In this document: piece after piece, positions 28,864 to 36,447 of the stretch
Layout of the letters: each line of letters opens with the position of its first letter
How positions within the stretch are numbered: the stretch's first letter is position 1
Assembly (NCBI GenBank): GCA_945900775.1
Contig: CAMDJP010000001.1
Span: forward strand, 81,822-145,821
DNA from: Akkermansia muciniphila
GTDB lineage: Bacteria > Verrucomicrobiota > Verrucomicrobiia > Limisphaerales > SIAT01
Direction: 5' to 3'
Length of the DNA stretch: 64,000 bases
Notes under the pieces: model-generated
Databases searched by the model: none
What the model was told of the DNA's origin: nothing
What the model saw: the letters and a program-made list of their open reading frames with translations, nothing else
Program-made: the position numbers and the translations under genes

Positions 28864-31083
28864 TTAGTTCTTCTTCAGCTGCCAACGCTCATCAAAGAAG
28901 TTCGCATCCACCACGCCTTTGCCGAGAACGCGCTCGGCGAGCGGGACGCTGAGGTCGAGGATAGCCCAGTCCGGGAGCTTGGGGGTCTGCTGCGAGTTCG
29001 AGGCTCCGGCGTATTGCGGGAAGGTGAAACCGCTGTTGATGACGATGTAGCGCGAGGGGTTCAGCGGGTTCGGGAAGATGAACACGGGCATATGTTTGGT
29101 GGCGTCGAAGCTTTTGCCGCCGACTTTGATTTGATTGTCATTCCACTGGATGGGCAGCTTGTCGGCGATGCGGGATAGAACGACGTTCGACGATGGGTCG
29201 CCCCAGAGGATGAGGTGGCTATTCTTGATATCGTCGTCGGTAATGGCGGTGTCGTTTTTCACGCGCGCCTCGCCACGGAAGTAGCGCCGCCAGTGGAACA
29301 AGGCTTCGGCCAGCTCGGTCTTCGCCCACTGCCCGACGGCGGCGTTCAGGGGCTGGCCCGTGGGCCGCACCATCACGAATGAGTCCATGAAGGCGTCGTC
29401 AATGGGGCCTTGCAAATTGTGACGCTTCGCGAGGCCGGAATTCGCGCTCGGGCTTGGATTGCGCTCGGCCCACTTGCCACCGGACTTAAGCGCGGAGAAG
29501 CGCCACCCACTCGGCGGCGCGCCCGAGCCGGGCGGCGGCAGTGAGCCGACCGTATTACGGAAGCCGAGGTCCTGACCGTCCACGATGAGCTTCGCGCCGC
29601 GTCCGATGAGGTCGACGGGAACGATGTTGATGGAGAAACCAGTGACGTTGCGCGTCTTCACGACGAGTTCGTTTGCGCCGCCTTTGGAAACGACTTCGGC
29701 CTCGATGCGCGCTTCCTCCCACTGCTTCTCCATCCCATCAATCGTCAGCCAATGGGCTGAGTCAAACTTGAGCGAATGAGTGACCAGCGTGACCTTCTTC
29801 GGCTGATGGTTGATGCCTTTGTTCGTCGCGTCGTCCACGAGTTTGGCCACAGACTTCTTCGCGTTCGCCTCGTAGGAATGGCCGGTCTTGGGGCCAATGA
29901 TGTGCGTCATCTTCACGCCGTCTTTGAGGAGCGCGGCTTCCATGAGGTCGGCGGCGGCTTTCTGCGCGTCATCCTCGCCGCTGTAGGTCACGAGCGTCGT
30001 GTTGATGAGGTTGATGGGACACGCGAGCGGGTCGTAAAGGTTCCACAGCTTCTGCTCCCACCACGGGATAGTGGCGAGCTTGTCGCCGAGCTTCTGGTAA
30101 TTCTTCACATCCACGAAGCCCGCACCGGGATTCACGGATGCGAACTTGTCCGGGTGATGCGCGCCGAGATGCCACGCGCCCGCGCCGCCCATCGAGAAGC
30201 CGCGCATGGCGAGCTTGTTGCGATCAATCCGGTAGTGCTTCGCGACGTGGTCGAGGCCTTCCCACACATCCGTCTCGCCGGCGAACTTGAAGGCGTTCAT
30301 GAAGCGGCCGTAAGGTTCCAGCACGAAGGTGTCGTCCGCGAGGAACTGGCTGGTGGAGCGCTGCTGACCCTCGATGAAGGCGATCTCGTTGAGCGTGTCA
30401 CCGCGCCCGTGCAACCAGAAGTCGAGACGACGCGGATTGTCGTCGCCGGTGAGATAAGTCACCGGCACCTTCAGCCCGTAAGGCTGCACCGAGCCGTCAA
30501 TCCGCGACACGTAGCCGCGCGCAACGGGAATGTGCGTGAGTGTCGTCGGCGTCTTGGATTTGCCTTCGATTTCCTTTTTCAGCGCGAGCAATCCTGCCTT
30601 CGTGTTCCACGGCGTATTTCCGGCGGCGAGTTGTTTGGCGCGTTCGGAACCTTGTTTGAGCAACGCGCGGGCGGAGTTAAACTGGTTCGTGCTTGTGAAA
30701 ATGTCGTCCCCCAGCGCGTAACGGAGGGCGTTGTGATAAATCTGCACATCGGGCAATAGCGCGAGGAGCGTCGGTTTGGTGGCGAGGGCGGCTCGCAGCG
30801 ACTCGATTTCCTTGCCCAACGCGGCGGCTCCAGCAGTGAGTTCGGCTTTCACCTCGGCGGGCACAACGACGCCGGGGGGCGGATTCAGTTTCCGAGGGTT
30901 GGGTTGGAGATTAGCCGGTGGCGCTTTCTTGGCGGGAACTTTCGGCGCGACGGCTTTCTTGTCAACGGCTGGGGCAGCGGCTGGGGCAGCGGCGCAAGTC
31001 AGTGCGAATGCAAAATAAATAAGGGCAAGGCCGTTGTATCCGCATAATAAACTCAAGGTTTGTCTTGTCGAAGAAGCGGGCAT
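28864..31083 (-). CDS. Secreted alpha/beta-hydrolase (S9 peptidase / esterase-like) with long N- and C-terminal extra regions
   Basis: 739 aa. A hydrophobic N-terminus precedes an Ala/Pro/Lys-rich linker and the nucleophile elbow RGFSMGGAGAWHLG (GxSxG). Confidence 0.75.
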   Translation of the reverse strand: MPASSTRQTLSLLCGYNGLALIYFAFALTCAAAPAAAPAVDKKAVAPKVPAKKAPPANLQPNPRKLNPPPGVVVPAEVKAELTAGAAALGKEIESLRAALATKPTLLALLPDVQIYHNALRYALGDDIFTSTNQFNSARALLKQGSERAKQLAAGNTPWNTKAGLLALKKEIEGKSKTPTTLTHIPVARGYVSRIDGSVQPYGLKVPVTYLTGDDNPRRLDFWLHGRGDTLNEIAFIEGQQRSTSQFLADDTFVLEPYGRFMNAFKFAGETDVWEGLDHVAKHYRIDRNKLAMRGFSMGGAGAWHLGAHHPDKFASVNPGAGFVDVKNYQKLGDKLATIPWWEQKLWNLYDPLACPINLINTTLVTYSGEDDAQKAAADLMEAALLKDGVKMTHIIGPKTGHSYEANAKKSVAKLVDDATNKGINHQPKKVTLVTHSLKFDSAHWLTIDGMEKQWEEARIEAEVVSKGGANELVVKTRNVTGFSINIVPVDLIGRGAKLIVDGQDLGFRNTVGSLPPPGSGAPPSGWRFSALKSGGKWAERNPSPSANSGLAKRHNLQGPIDDAFMDSFVMVRPTGQPLNAAVGQWAKTELAEALFHWRRYFRGEARVKNDTAITDDDIKNSHLILWGDPSSNVVLSRIADKLPIQWNDNQIKVGGKSFDATKHMPVFIFPNPLNPSRYIVINSGFTFPQYAGASNSQQTPKLPDWAILDLSVPLAERVLGKGVVDANFFDERWQLKKN

Positions 31084-31247
31084 AAAACACTTGTAGTAAA
31101 CGTGAACCGTCTTTCATCCACAACACCAAATCCCCTCCGTCGCGCCCGCCCCGCAACCGTCCTCACCGACACGCAGGTTCAAGCATTGACCCCGACGGAG
31201 TTCGGTTATCAGGCGAACGTTCACGTCCCGTTTGCAAAGCCGGCGAC

Positions 31248-31276
31248 TTGCACCTCCCGTCCTTTCCCCTTACCAT
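31248..31276 (+). promoter_or_regulatory. sigma70-like promoter for tRNA-Arg
   Basis: TTGCAC at 31248-31253, a 17-nt spacer, and TACCAT at 31271-31276. The tRNA 5' end lies 10 nt after the -10 element. Confidence 0.35.
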
Positions 31277-31286
31277 GCTCCAAGTT

Positions 31287-31363
31287 GCGCCTGTAGCTCA
31301 GCTGGATAGAGCATCAGCCTTCTAAGCTGACGGTCGCGCGTTCGACTCGCGCCAGGCGCACCA
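31287..31363 (+). tRNA. tRNA-Arg (anticodon UCU), CCA encoded
   Basis: Hand-folded cloverleaf. Acceptor GCGCCUG/CAGGCGC, D arm GCUC-AGCUGGAUA-GAGC, anticodon arm UCAGC-CUUCUAA-GCUGA, variable loop CGGUC, T arm GCGCG-UUCGACU-CGCGC, then discriminator A and CCA. Confidence 0.95.
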
Positions 31364-31370
31364 CTTTATA

Positions 31371-32258
31371 ATGCTGACTCTCGAACACCTCGCCGAATTG
31401 CTGGAAAAACATCGTCCCGCCGCGAACTCCCGTGTGCAGGAGTTTTCAATCGGCGGCCGGCCTTTCAACTTCAACACGCGCCCTGCAATCATGGGCGTCA
31501 TCAACCTCTCAGCCGATTCCTGGTATCGCGAGAGCGTCTGCCTATCTGCCGAGTCGGCAATCCAGCGCGGTCGCGTTCTTGCCTCACAGGGTGCTGAACT
31601 TGTGGATGTCGGCGCGGAATCCACGCTCGCTCACGCTGCGCGCGCTGACGAGATGTTGCAGAACAGCCTTCTCCTGCCAGTGGTAAAAGAGCTACGCGCA
31701 GCTGGCGTATTGGTCTCGGTAGAAACTTATCAAGCGAGCGTGGCACGTGCCTGCCTTGAAGCAGGCGCGAACGTGCTGAACCTCACCGGCACGCTGCACG
31801 CCGAGGAGTCTTACCGCTTGGCTGCCGCGCACGATGCCGCCGTCATCATCTGTTACGTGCAAGGCCCGCATGCGCGGGCGGTGGGGGATTTCGATTTCAG
31901 CGCCGACCCGACGACGATGATGCACGATTATTTTGCCCGCCAGATAGATCTCGCCACAAAGCTTGGTGTCAAAAAAATCTTCATTGATCCCGGGCTTGGC
32001 TTCTACTACCGCAATCTTCAGGACAGTACGGTGCGCGTTCGTCACCAGATGAACATCTTCCTGAATACGTTTCGTCTCCGCACGCTCGGCTTCCCGGTCT
32101 GCCATGCGCTGCCACACGCCTTCGAATTCTTTGGTGACGAGGTGCGGTGCGCCGAACCTTTCTTCGCCGTGCTTGCGGCGCTCGGCCGGACCGACCTTTT
32201 CCGGACACATGAAGTGCCGCGAATCAAAGCCGTGGTCGACACGCTGCAATCCTTTTGA
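31371..32258 (+). CDS. Dihydropteroate synthase-like pterin-binding (TIM barrel) protein with degenerate DHPS motifs
   Basis: 295 aa, colinear with DHPS block by block: MGVINLSADSW, LVDVGAESTLAHA, VSVETY, NVLNLTG, IDPGLGFYY and LFRTHEV. Several canonical residues are replaced (see findings). Confidence 0.7.
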   Translation: MLTLEHLAELLEKHRPAANSRVQEFSIGGRPFNFNTRPAIMGVINLSADSWYRESVCLSAESAIQRGRVLASQGAELVDVGAESTLAHAARADEMLQNSLLLPVVKELRAAGVLVSVETYQASVARACLEAGANVLNLTGTLHAEESYRLAAAHDAAVIICYVQGPHARAVGDFDFSADPTTMMHDYFARQIDLATKLGVKKIFIDPGLGFYYRNLQDSTVRVRHQMNIFLNTFRLRTLGFPVCHALPHAFEFFGDEVRCAEPFFAVLAALGRTDLFRTHEVPRIKAVVDTLQSF

Positions 32259-32311
32259 CTCCGTGCGCGGTGGTTGACGCATCTTTCACTCACCGCCATA
32301 GTTGAATTATT

Positions 32312-32758
32312 ATGAGTCTTCAAACCCGCCTAAACGATGACCTCAAGACTGCGATGTTGGCCAAAGACTCCGAGCGCGTCGGTGCTTTGCGCCTGCTGAA
32401 GTCTGCTCTTGGCTACCTGCTCATCGAAAGGAAAACTGAGACACTGCCCGACTCGGACTTTGTGTCGCTCGTGCAGAAGGAAGTGAAGAAGCGGCAGGAC
32501 GCCATCGAGCAATACGAAATAGGCGGTCGCCCGGAGTCGGCGGCGAAGGAAAAACTAGAGCAGTCCGTGTTGGAAGGTTTTTTGCCGAAGCCGCTCGCAC
32601 CCGAAGAGCTCGATGCATTGGTGAAAACAACCATTTCCGAATTGAACGCAACATCCAAAAAGGACATGGGATCGGTGATTAAGGCAGTTCAGGCCAAAGC
32701 CGCTGGCCGTGCCGATGGCAAGACCATCAGTAGTCTTGTCGGGAAACTCCTTCCCTGA
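32312..32758 (+). CDS. GatB/YqeY domain protein
   Basis: 148 aa starting MSLQTRLNDDLKTAMLAKDSERVGALRLLKSAL, ending with GSVIKAVQAKAAGRADGK, typical of YqeY. Confidence 0.85.
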   Translation: MSLQTRLNDDLKTAMLAKDSERVGALRLLKSALGYLLIERKTETLPDSDFVSLVQKEVKKRQDAIEQYEIGGRPESAAKEKLEQSVLEGFLPKPLAPEELDALVKTTISELNATSKKDMGSVIKAVQAKAAGRADGKTISSLVGKLLP

Positions 32759-32782
32759 AAGTAGCCGCCTTCCGGACTTCGT

Positions 32783-33238
32783 CTATTTCTGAGGGAAATT
32801 CTGAGGGAAAATCTGGTAGAGCAGAAAGTAAATCACCACGCCGGTTACGGAGACGTATAGCCAGATGGGAAGCGTCCAGCGAGCGATGGCTTTGTGCGCC
32901 TCGAAGCGCTCCTTCACGGCGCGACTCACGGTCATCAGCACGAGCGGAACGATGGCAATGGCCCCTACGAGGTGAGTGAAGAGGATGGTGAGGTAGATGG
33001 GACGGAACCACGCAGGGTCAACGAACTTAGTATGCGCGGCACCGTGGACTTGCTGCATCTTCCAGTGGTAAAAAAGATAGCAAGCAAGGAAGGCGGCGGA
33101 GGTGCACAGCGCGGCAATCATGCAGTTTCGGTGGGCCGCTTTGCGTCCGGCGCGAATGTGGACCCAGCCCAGTACGAGCAGCACGGTGCAGGTGGCGTTG
33201 AGGCAGGCGTTGATGAGGGGGAGGTCTTTGTAGCTCAT
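32783..33238 (-). CDS. DUF420 membrane protein (oxidase-cluster associated)
   Basis: MSYKDLPLINACLNATCTVLLVLGW...HRNCMIAALCTSAAFLACYLFYH...WLYVSVTGVVIYFLLY. The ATG at 33238 lies 1 nt after the SCO1 stop codon. Confidence 0.8.
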   Translation of the reverse strand: MSYKDLPLINACLNATCTVLLVLGWVHIRAGRKAAHRNCMIAALCTSAAFLACYLFYHWKMQQVHGAAHTKFVDPAWFRPIYLTILFTHLVGAIAIVPLVLMTVSRAVKERFEAHKAIARWTLPIWLYVSVTGVVIYFLLYQIFPQNFPQK

Positions 33239-33239
33239 G

Positions 33240-33869
33240 TTATTTCTCCCGTTCAAGTTGCTGAATGGCACCGAGAATCTTCGTCTTGAAATCAGGCTCT
33301 GCGCTTTCGAAGGTTCCGCGCACGCGCGCCTGCTTATCCACTAACACAAAAATCGTACTATGAACGAAGAGGTCCGCAGCGTCCGTGCGCTTCTCCGCAG
33401 GGACGTCGAGCGCCGTAAGCTTCAATCCATCAATGGCCAGTCTGCCGATTTCGCGCTTGCTCCCAGTGAGGAATTGCCAGCGGGCAAAGTTGGCCTTGAA
33501 CTGTTCCCCATACGAGTTGAGGACGGCTGGCGTGTCGAATTCGGGATCGGTGGTGAGCGTAACGCACTGAACCGCGGCTGGCAACGTCGTCAGCAATTCA
33601 GCCATCTGCCGAGTCATTGCCGAACATGGACCAGCGCATCGGGTGAAAATGATATCTGCAATCCAAATACGCCCTTTGAAATCAGCTAGCGAGACAGCGC
33701 GACCGGTCTGGTTGGTGAGAGTGAAATCGGCAATCTGACTGTAGACCGGCAGCGGTAGTGCTGGTGTTTTTGGTTTTGCGAAAAAAACGAAAGTGACTCC
33801 AATACCAACGATGACAAGAGCGAGGAGACTCCAGACAATTTTCTCGATAGTCGAGGGGGCAGCGCTCAT
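33240..33869 (-). CDS. SCO1/SenC copper chaperone (thioredoxin fold)
   Basis: 209 aa with an N-terminal TM anchor, the CxxxC motif FTRCAGPCS, and a downstream conserved His (FVHST). Confidence 0.85.
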   Translation of the reverse strand: MSAAPSTIEKIVWSLLALVIVGIGVTFVFFAKPKTPALPLPVYSQIADFTLTNQTGRAVSLADFKGRIWIADIIFTRCAGPCSAMTRQMAELLTTLPAAVQCVTLTTDPEFDTPAVLNSYGEQFKANFARWQFLTGSKREIGRLAIDGLKLTALDVPAEKRTDAADLFVHSTIFVLVDKQARVRGTFESAEPDFKTKILGAIQQLEREK

Positions 33870-33913
33870 CGGTCTTTCGGCTAATCGAACAGTTTACCGC
33901 TTCCAACAGCAGT

Positions 33914-34705
33914 TTACTCGAAGCTCGTGGCTGTGTCTTTGGCCTTCGCTGCGATATCTGCTTCCCACTTGTCGTAATCAGACTGTGAGAGAACGGTGAT
34001 GTTCCCGCGCATTGTGGCGTGCCCGTTACCGCAAAGCTGGGCGCAGGTAATCATATACTTGCCCTCTTTTACGGCCTTGAAGTGCATGGGAATCATAAGG
34101 CCAGGAATGGCATCCTGAGTGATACGCAGCGGCACAACCTTGAAGCAGTGGATGACATCCAGCGAAGAGAGGTGGATGATAACTTTTCGATCCGATGGGA
34201 CGTGCATCAGATTAATAGCGGATTCGAAGTCATCCTTCGTGTTCGGGTCGTTCTTATCCACGCCGAACTTGTTGTCAGGGGCGACAAACTTGATGTCCTG
34301 CTTCCCGAATGCGCCATCTTTTCCTGGATAACGAGCGTTCCAGGCGAACTGTTGTGCAGTGACCTTGATTACGAGTGGTTTGTCTTTCTCGGTGGGGAAT
34401 TTATCGGAATCCACCACGGTAGCCCAGAGCGGTATGGCAAGGGACACGAGCAAGATGACTTCAGCGACGGCGACAGCGACTTCAGCGTAGGTGGAGAAGC
34501 TGGTCTGCGCGCCAGTGTAGCTGGCCTTCGGGTTTTTTACATGACGAAACCGGAAGAGCGCGTAGAGGAAATAGGCGAACCAGCCTACAAACAGGACGGC
34601 CATCAGCACATGAACATAGACGATGAAGTCATCCATGCTTTTGCCGTGCTCGGAAGCGACCGGCGGAAAGCTCATCAGGTCCTTGATCTTGTCAACGAGT
34701 TCCAT
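33914..34705 (-). CDS. coxB: Cytochrome c oxidase subunit II (CuA, no fused cytochrome c)
   Basis: 263 aa with two N-terminal TM helices. CuA ligands are present: DVIHCF and CAQLCGNGHATM. There is no CxxCH anywhere in the protein. Confidence 0.92.
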   Translation of the reverse strand: MELVDKIKDLMSFPPVASEHGKSMDDFIVYVHVLMAVLFVGWFAYFLYALFRFRHVKNPKASYTGAQTSFSTYAEVAVAVAEVILLVSLAIPLWATVVDSDKFPTEKDKPLVIKVTAQQFAWNARYPGKDGAFGKQDIKFVAPDNKFGVDKNDPNTKDDFESAINLMHVPSDRKVIIHLSSLDVIHCFKVVPLRITQDAIPGLMIPMHFKAVKEGKYMITCAQLCGNGHATMRGNITVLSQSDYDKWEADIAAKAKDTATSFE

Positions 34706-34709
34706 TTGA

Positions 34710-34973
34710 TCAGTTAGATTGGAGTGTTTCCGAAGGCGGTTGCTGACTGGCGCTTGCGACTGTCTGGTTCGCGCGGCGGACCAGATAAATGAAGAACGAC
34801 GCTACACCGCCAAGCACGAGTATGACGACAAAAAGGAGGCTGAAGATGCCGGCGTTCATCCCAGCAGCCAGTGGCGAGTCGGTCCTGCCGAAGCATGCCG
34901 CACAAGCGGAAGCGTCCGGCACGAAAGTCACGCCGAGCATCACCGCGAGCAGAATGGTTGCGATTTGCTTCAC
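34710..34973 (-). CDS. Small (87 aa) two-TM membrane protein with periplasmic-side CAAC motif; uncharacterised oxidase-operon member
   Basis: The GTG at 34973 overlaps the upstream stop codon (GTGA). Sequence: VKQIATILLAVMLGVTFVPDASACAACFGRTDSPLAAGMNAGIFSLLFVVILVLGGVASFFIYLVRRANQ... The track shows it with a long spurious N-terminus (34710-35108) that overlaps the next gene. Confidence 0.5.
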   Translation of the reverse strand: MKQIATILLAVMLGVTFVPDASACAACFGRTDSPLAAGMNAGIFSLLFVVILVLGGVASFFIYLVRRANQTVASASQQPPSETLQSN

Positions 34974-35176
34974 AAGTAACTTATGTTTTTCAGCTTTTTC
35001 AGGAAGTAACGCCCGTAGATGAGCAGTGCCACGGCAGTAATGGCCCCGCCGATGGCGAACAGAAGCCCCGTTGTTTTCCCGAGCGTGATAAACTGGTGAA
35101 GCCCCCAACCAGCCAAGCCGAGACTAAACAGCATCGAGACGACGACGAAAATGATATGGAACGCCTTGAGCGACAT
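34970..35176 (-). CDS. Small (68 aa) two-TM membrane protein; uncharacterised oxidase-operon member
   Basis: The ATG at 35176 lies 1 nt after the subunit IV stop codon. Sequence: MSLKAFHIIFVVVSMLFSLGLAGWGLHQFITLGKTTGLLFAIGGAITAVALLIYGRYFLKKLKNISYL. The track version (34970-35227) carries a spurious extension. Confidence 0.5.
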   Translation of the reverse strand: MSLKAFHIIFVVVSMLFSLGLAGWGLHQFITLGKTTGLLFAIGGAITAVALLIYGRYFLKKLKNISYL

Positions 35177-35177
35177 A

Positions 35178-35555
35178 TTACTTTCCAGAAACTTTCTCGA
35201 CGATGGGCAAGCCCGTCGTGCGGTCAAACTGGTTCCCCTGCCCTGGAATGTCTTTCATGCTCCAGATGGTCAAGCCCAGCATGCCGATGGCGAACAAGGC
35301 GGTGAAGCCCATCACCCAATAAATCCATTTCTTTTCATCATTTAGGTGCATGAATACCCCAGCGACGAAACCGCCCTTGATGGTCGCGATTGACAGAGCG
35401 GCAATCGTGGCAACCAGCATCCCCGCCCGCTTCTTCAGATCGATGGATTCGAAATGGTCGAGTGCGAAGGTCAACAGTGTTCCCACAAGTAGGATGGCGC
35501 CGACCATGATATAGGTTTTTCTGTGCTTGGAAATGTCGTGAGTGTGGTCGCTCAT
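35178..35555 (-). CDS. Prokaryotic cytochrome c oxidase subunit IV family protein
   Basis: MSDHTHDISKHRKTYIMVGAILLVGTLLTFAL...IKGGFVAGVFMHL has the FMHL-type motif of the bacterial subunit IV family. The ATG at 35555 is preferred over the track start at 35609. Confidence 0.7.
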   Translation of the reverse strand: MSDHTHDISKHRKTYIMVGAILLVGTLLTFALDHFESIDLKKRAGMLVATIAALSIATIKGGFVAGVFMHLNDEKKWIYWVMGFTALFAIGMLGLTIWSMKDIPGQGNQFDRTTGLPIVEKVSGK

Positions 35556-35562
35556 AGATTCT

Positions 35563-36435
35563 TCAGAGAATATACATGATCGGGAACAGGAATATCCAAA
35601 CCAAGTCAACGAAGTGCCAGAACAGACCGCCGACTTCGATACGGTTGATGAAGCGATCGGGATCGGTCTGCCACATCTTCCGGCCGCGGAACAGGAAGTA
35701 ACTCAGCACGATGGCGCCGCCCAGGACGTGTACACCGTGCAGTGCCGTCATTGTGAAATAGATCGCGAAGAAGGTGCTGTGGGCCGGTACGAAGGCTGAG
35801 AGGCGCTGGATGTCCGCCGACTTAATGGTAACAACCGCGTGATGCTGTGGACCTTTGTCCGCGTACTTCTTCACATGTTCCAACTGCTCTTTGGTCATGG
35901 GCGGATAGTACTGCCCTGGCGCCCATTGATTCGCATCATCCGAGGTGAAAGAGATAGACTCGATTTTCTTTTTGATGAGCGTCTTCGTGCTCCAGAAGTA
36001 CGCGTGCTTTTTCACCCCGCCGTCGTCGTAATCAATATGGCCAGTCATACGGCTGCCGTCCTTCATCCAGACCTCGTAGTGACGGAACTTCTCCGCATAC
36101 TCGAACGATTTCACCACCAAGAAGCCCAGAGCGCACATAATCGTAATGATCATACAATTCCGGTAGAGCGAGTAGTTGCGAGACTTCAAGGCGGCCCACG
36201 CCATCACTACGGTCACACTCGAAGCGATGAGCACGAAGGTGTTGAAGGTGCCGATGGGCACGTTCATCAAACCGTGTGCCCACGTACCGGGGTCGGCCCC
36301 GACGCGTAGCAGGATATAAGCCGAAAAGAATGCGCCGAAGAGCATCACCTCGGAAGCGAGGAAGAGCCAGATGCCGAGCTTGGCGTTGTAGAGGCCAGTA
36401 TCGGGCCGAGCTTTTGTTGTAAACGGAATATCCAT
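35563..36435 (-). CDS. coxC: Cytochrome c oxidase subunit III with ~100-aa hydrophilic insertion
   Basis: 290 aa with WLFLASEVMLFGAFFSAY, FFAIYFTMTALHGVHVLGG and FWHFVDLVWIFLF blocks. Confidence 0.9.
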   Translation of the reverse strand: MDIPFTTKARPDTGLYNAKLGIWLFLASEVMLFGAFFSAYILLRVGADPGTWAHGLMNVPIGTFNTFVLIASSVTVVMAWAALKSRNYSLYRNCMIITIMCALGFLVVKSFEYAEKFRHYEVWMKDGSRMTGHIDYDDGGVKKHAYFWSTKTLIKKKIESISFTSDDANQWAPGQYYPPMTKEQLEHVKKYADKGPQHHAVVTIKSADIQRLSAFVPAHSTFFAIYFTMTALHGVHVLGGAIVLSYFLFRGRKMWQTDPDRFINRIEVGGLFWHFVDLVWIFLFPIMYIL

Positions 36436-36447
36436 ACTCGCGAAAGC

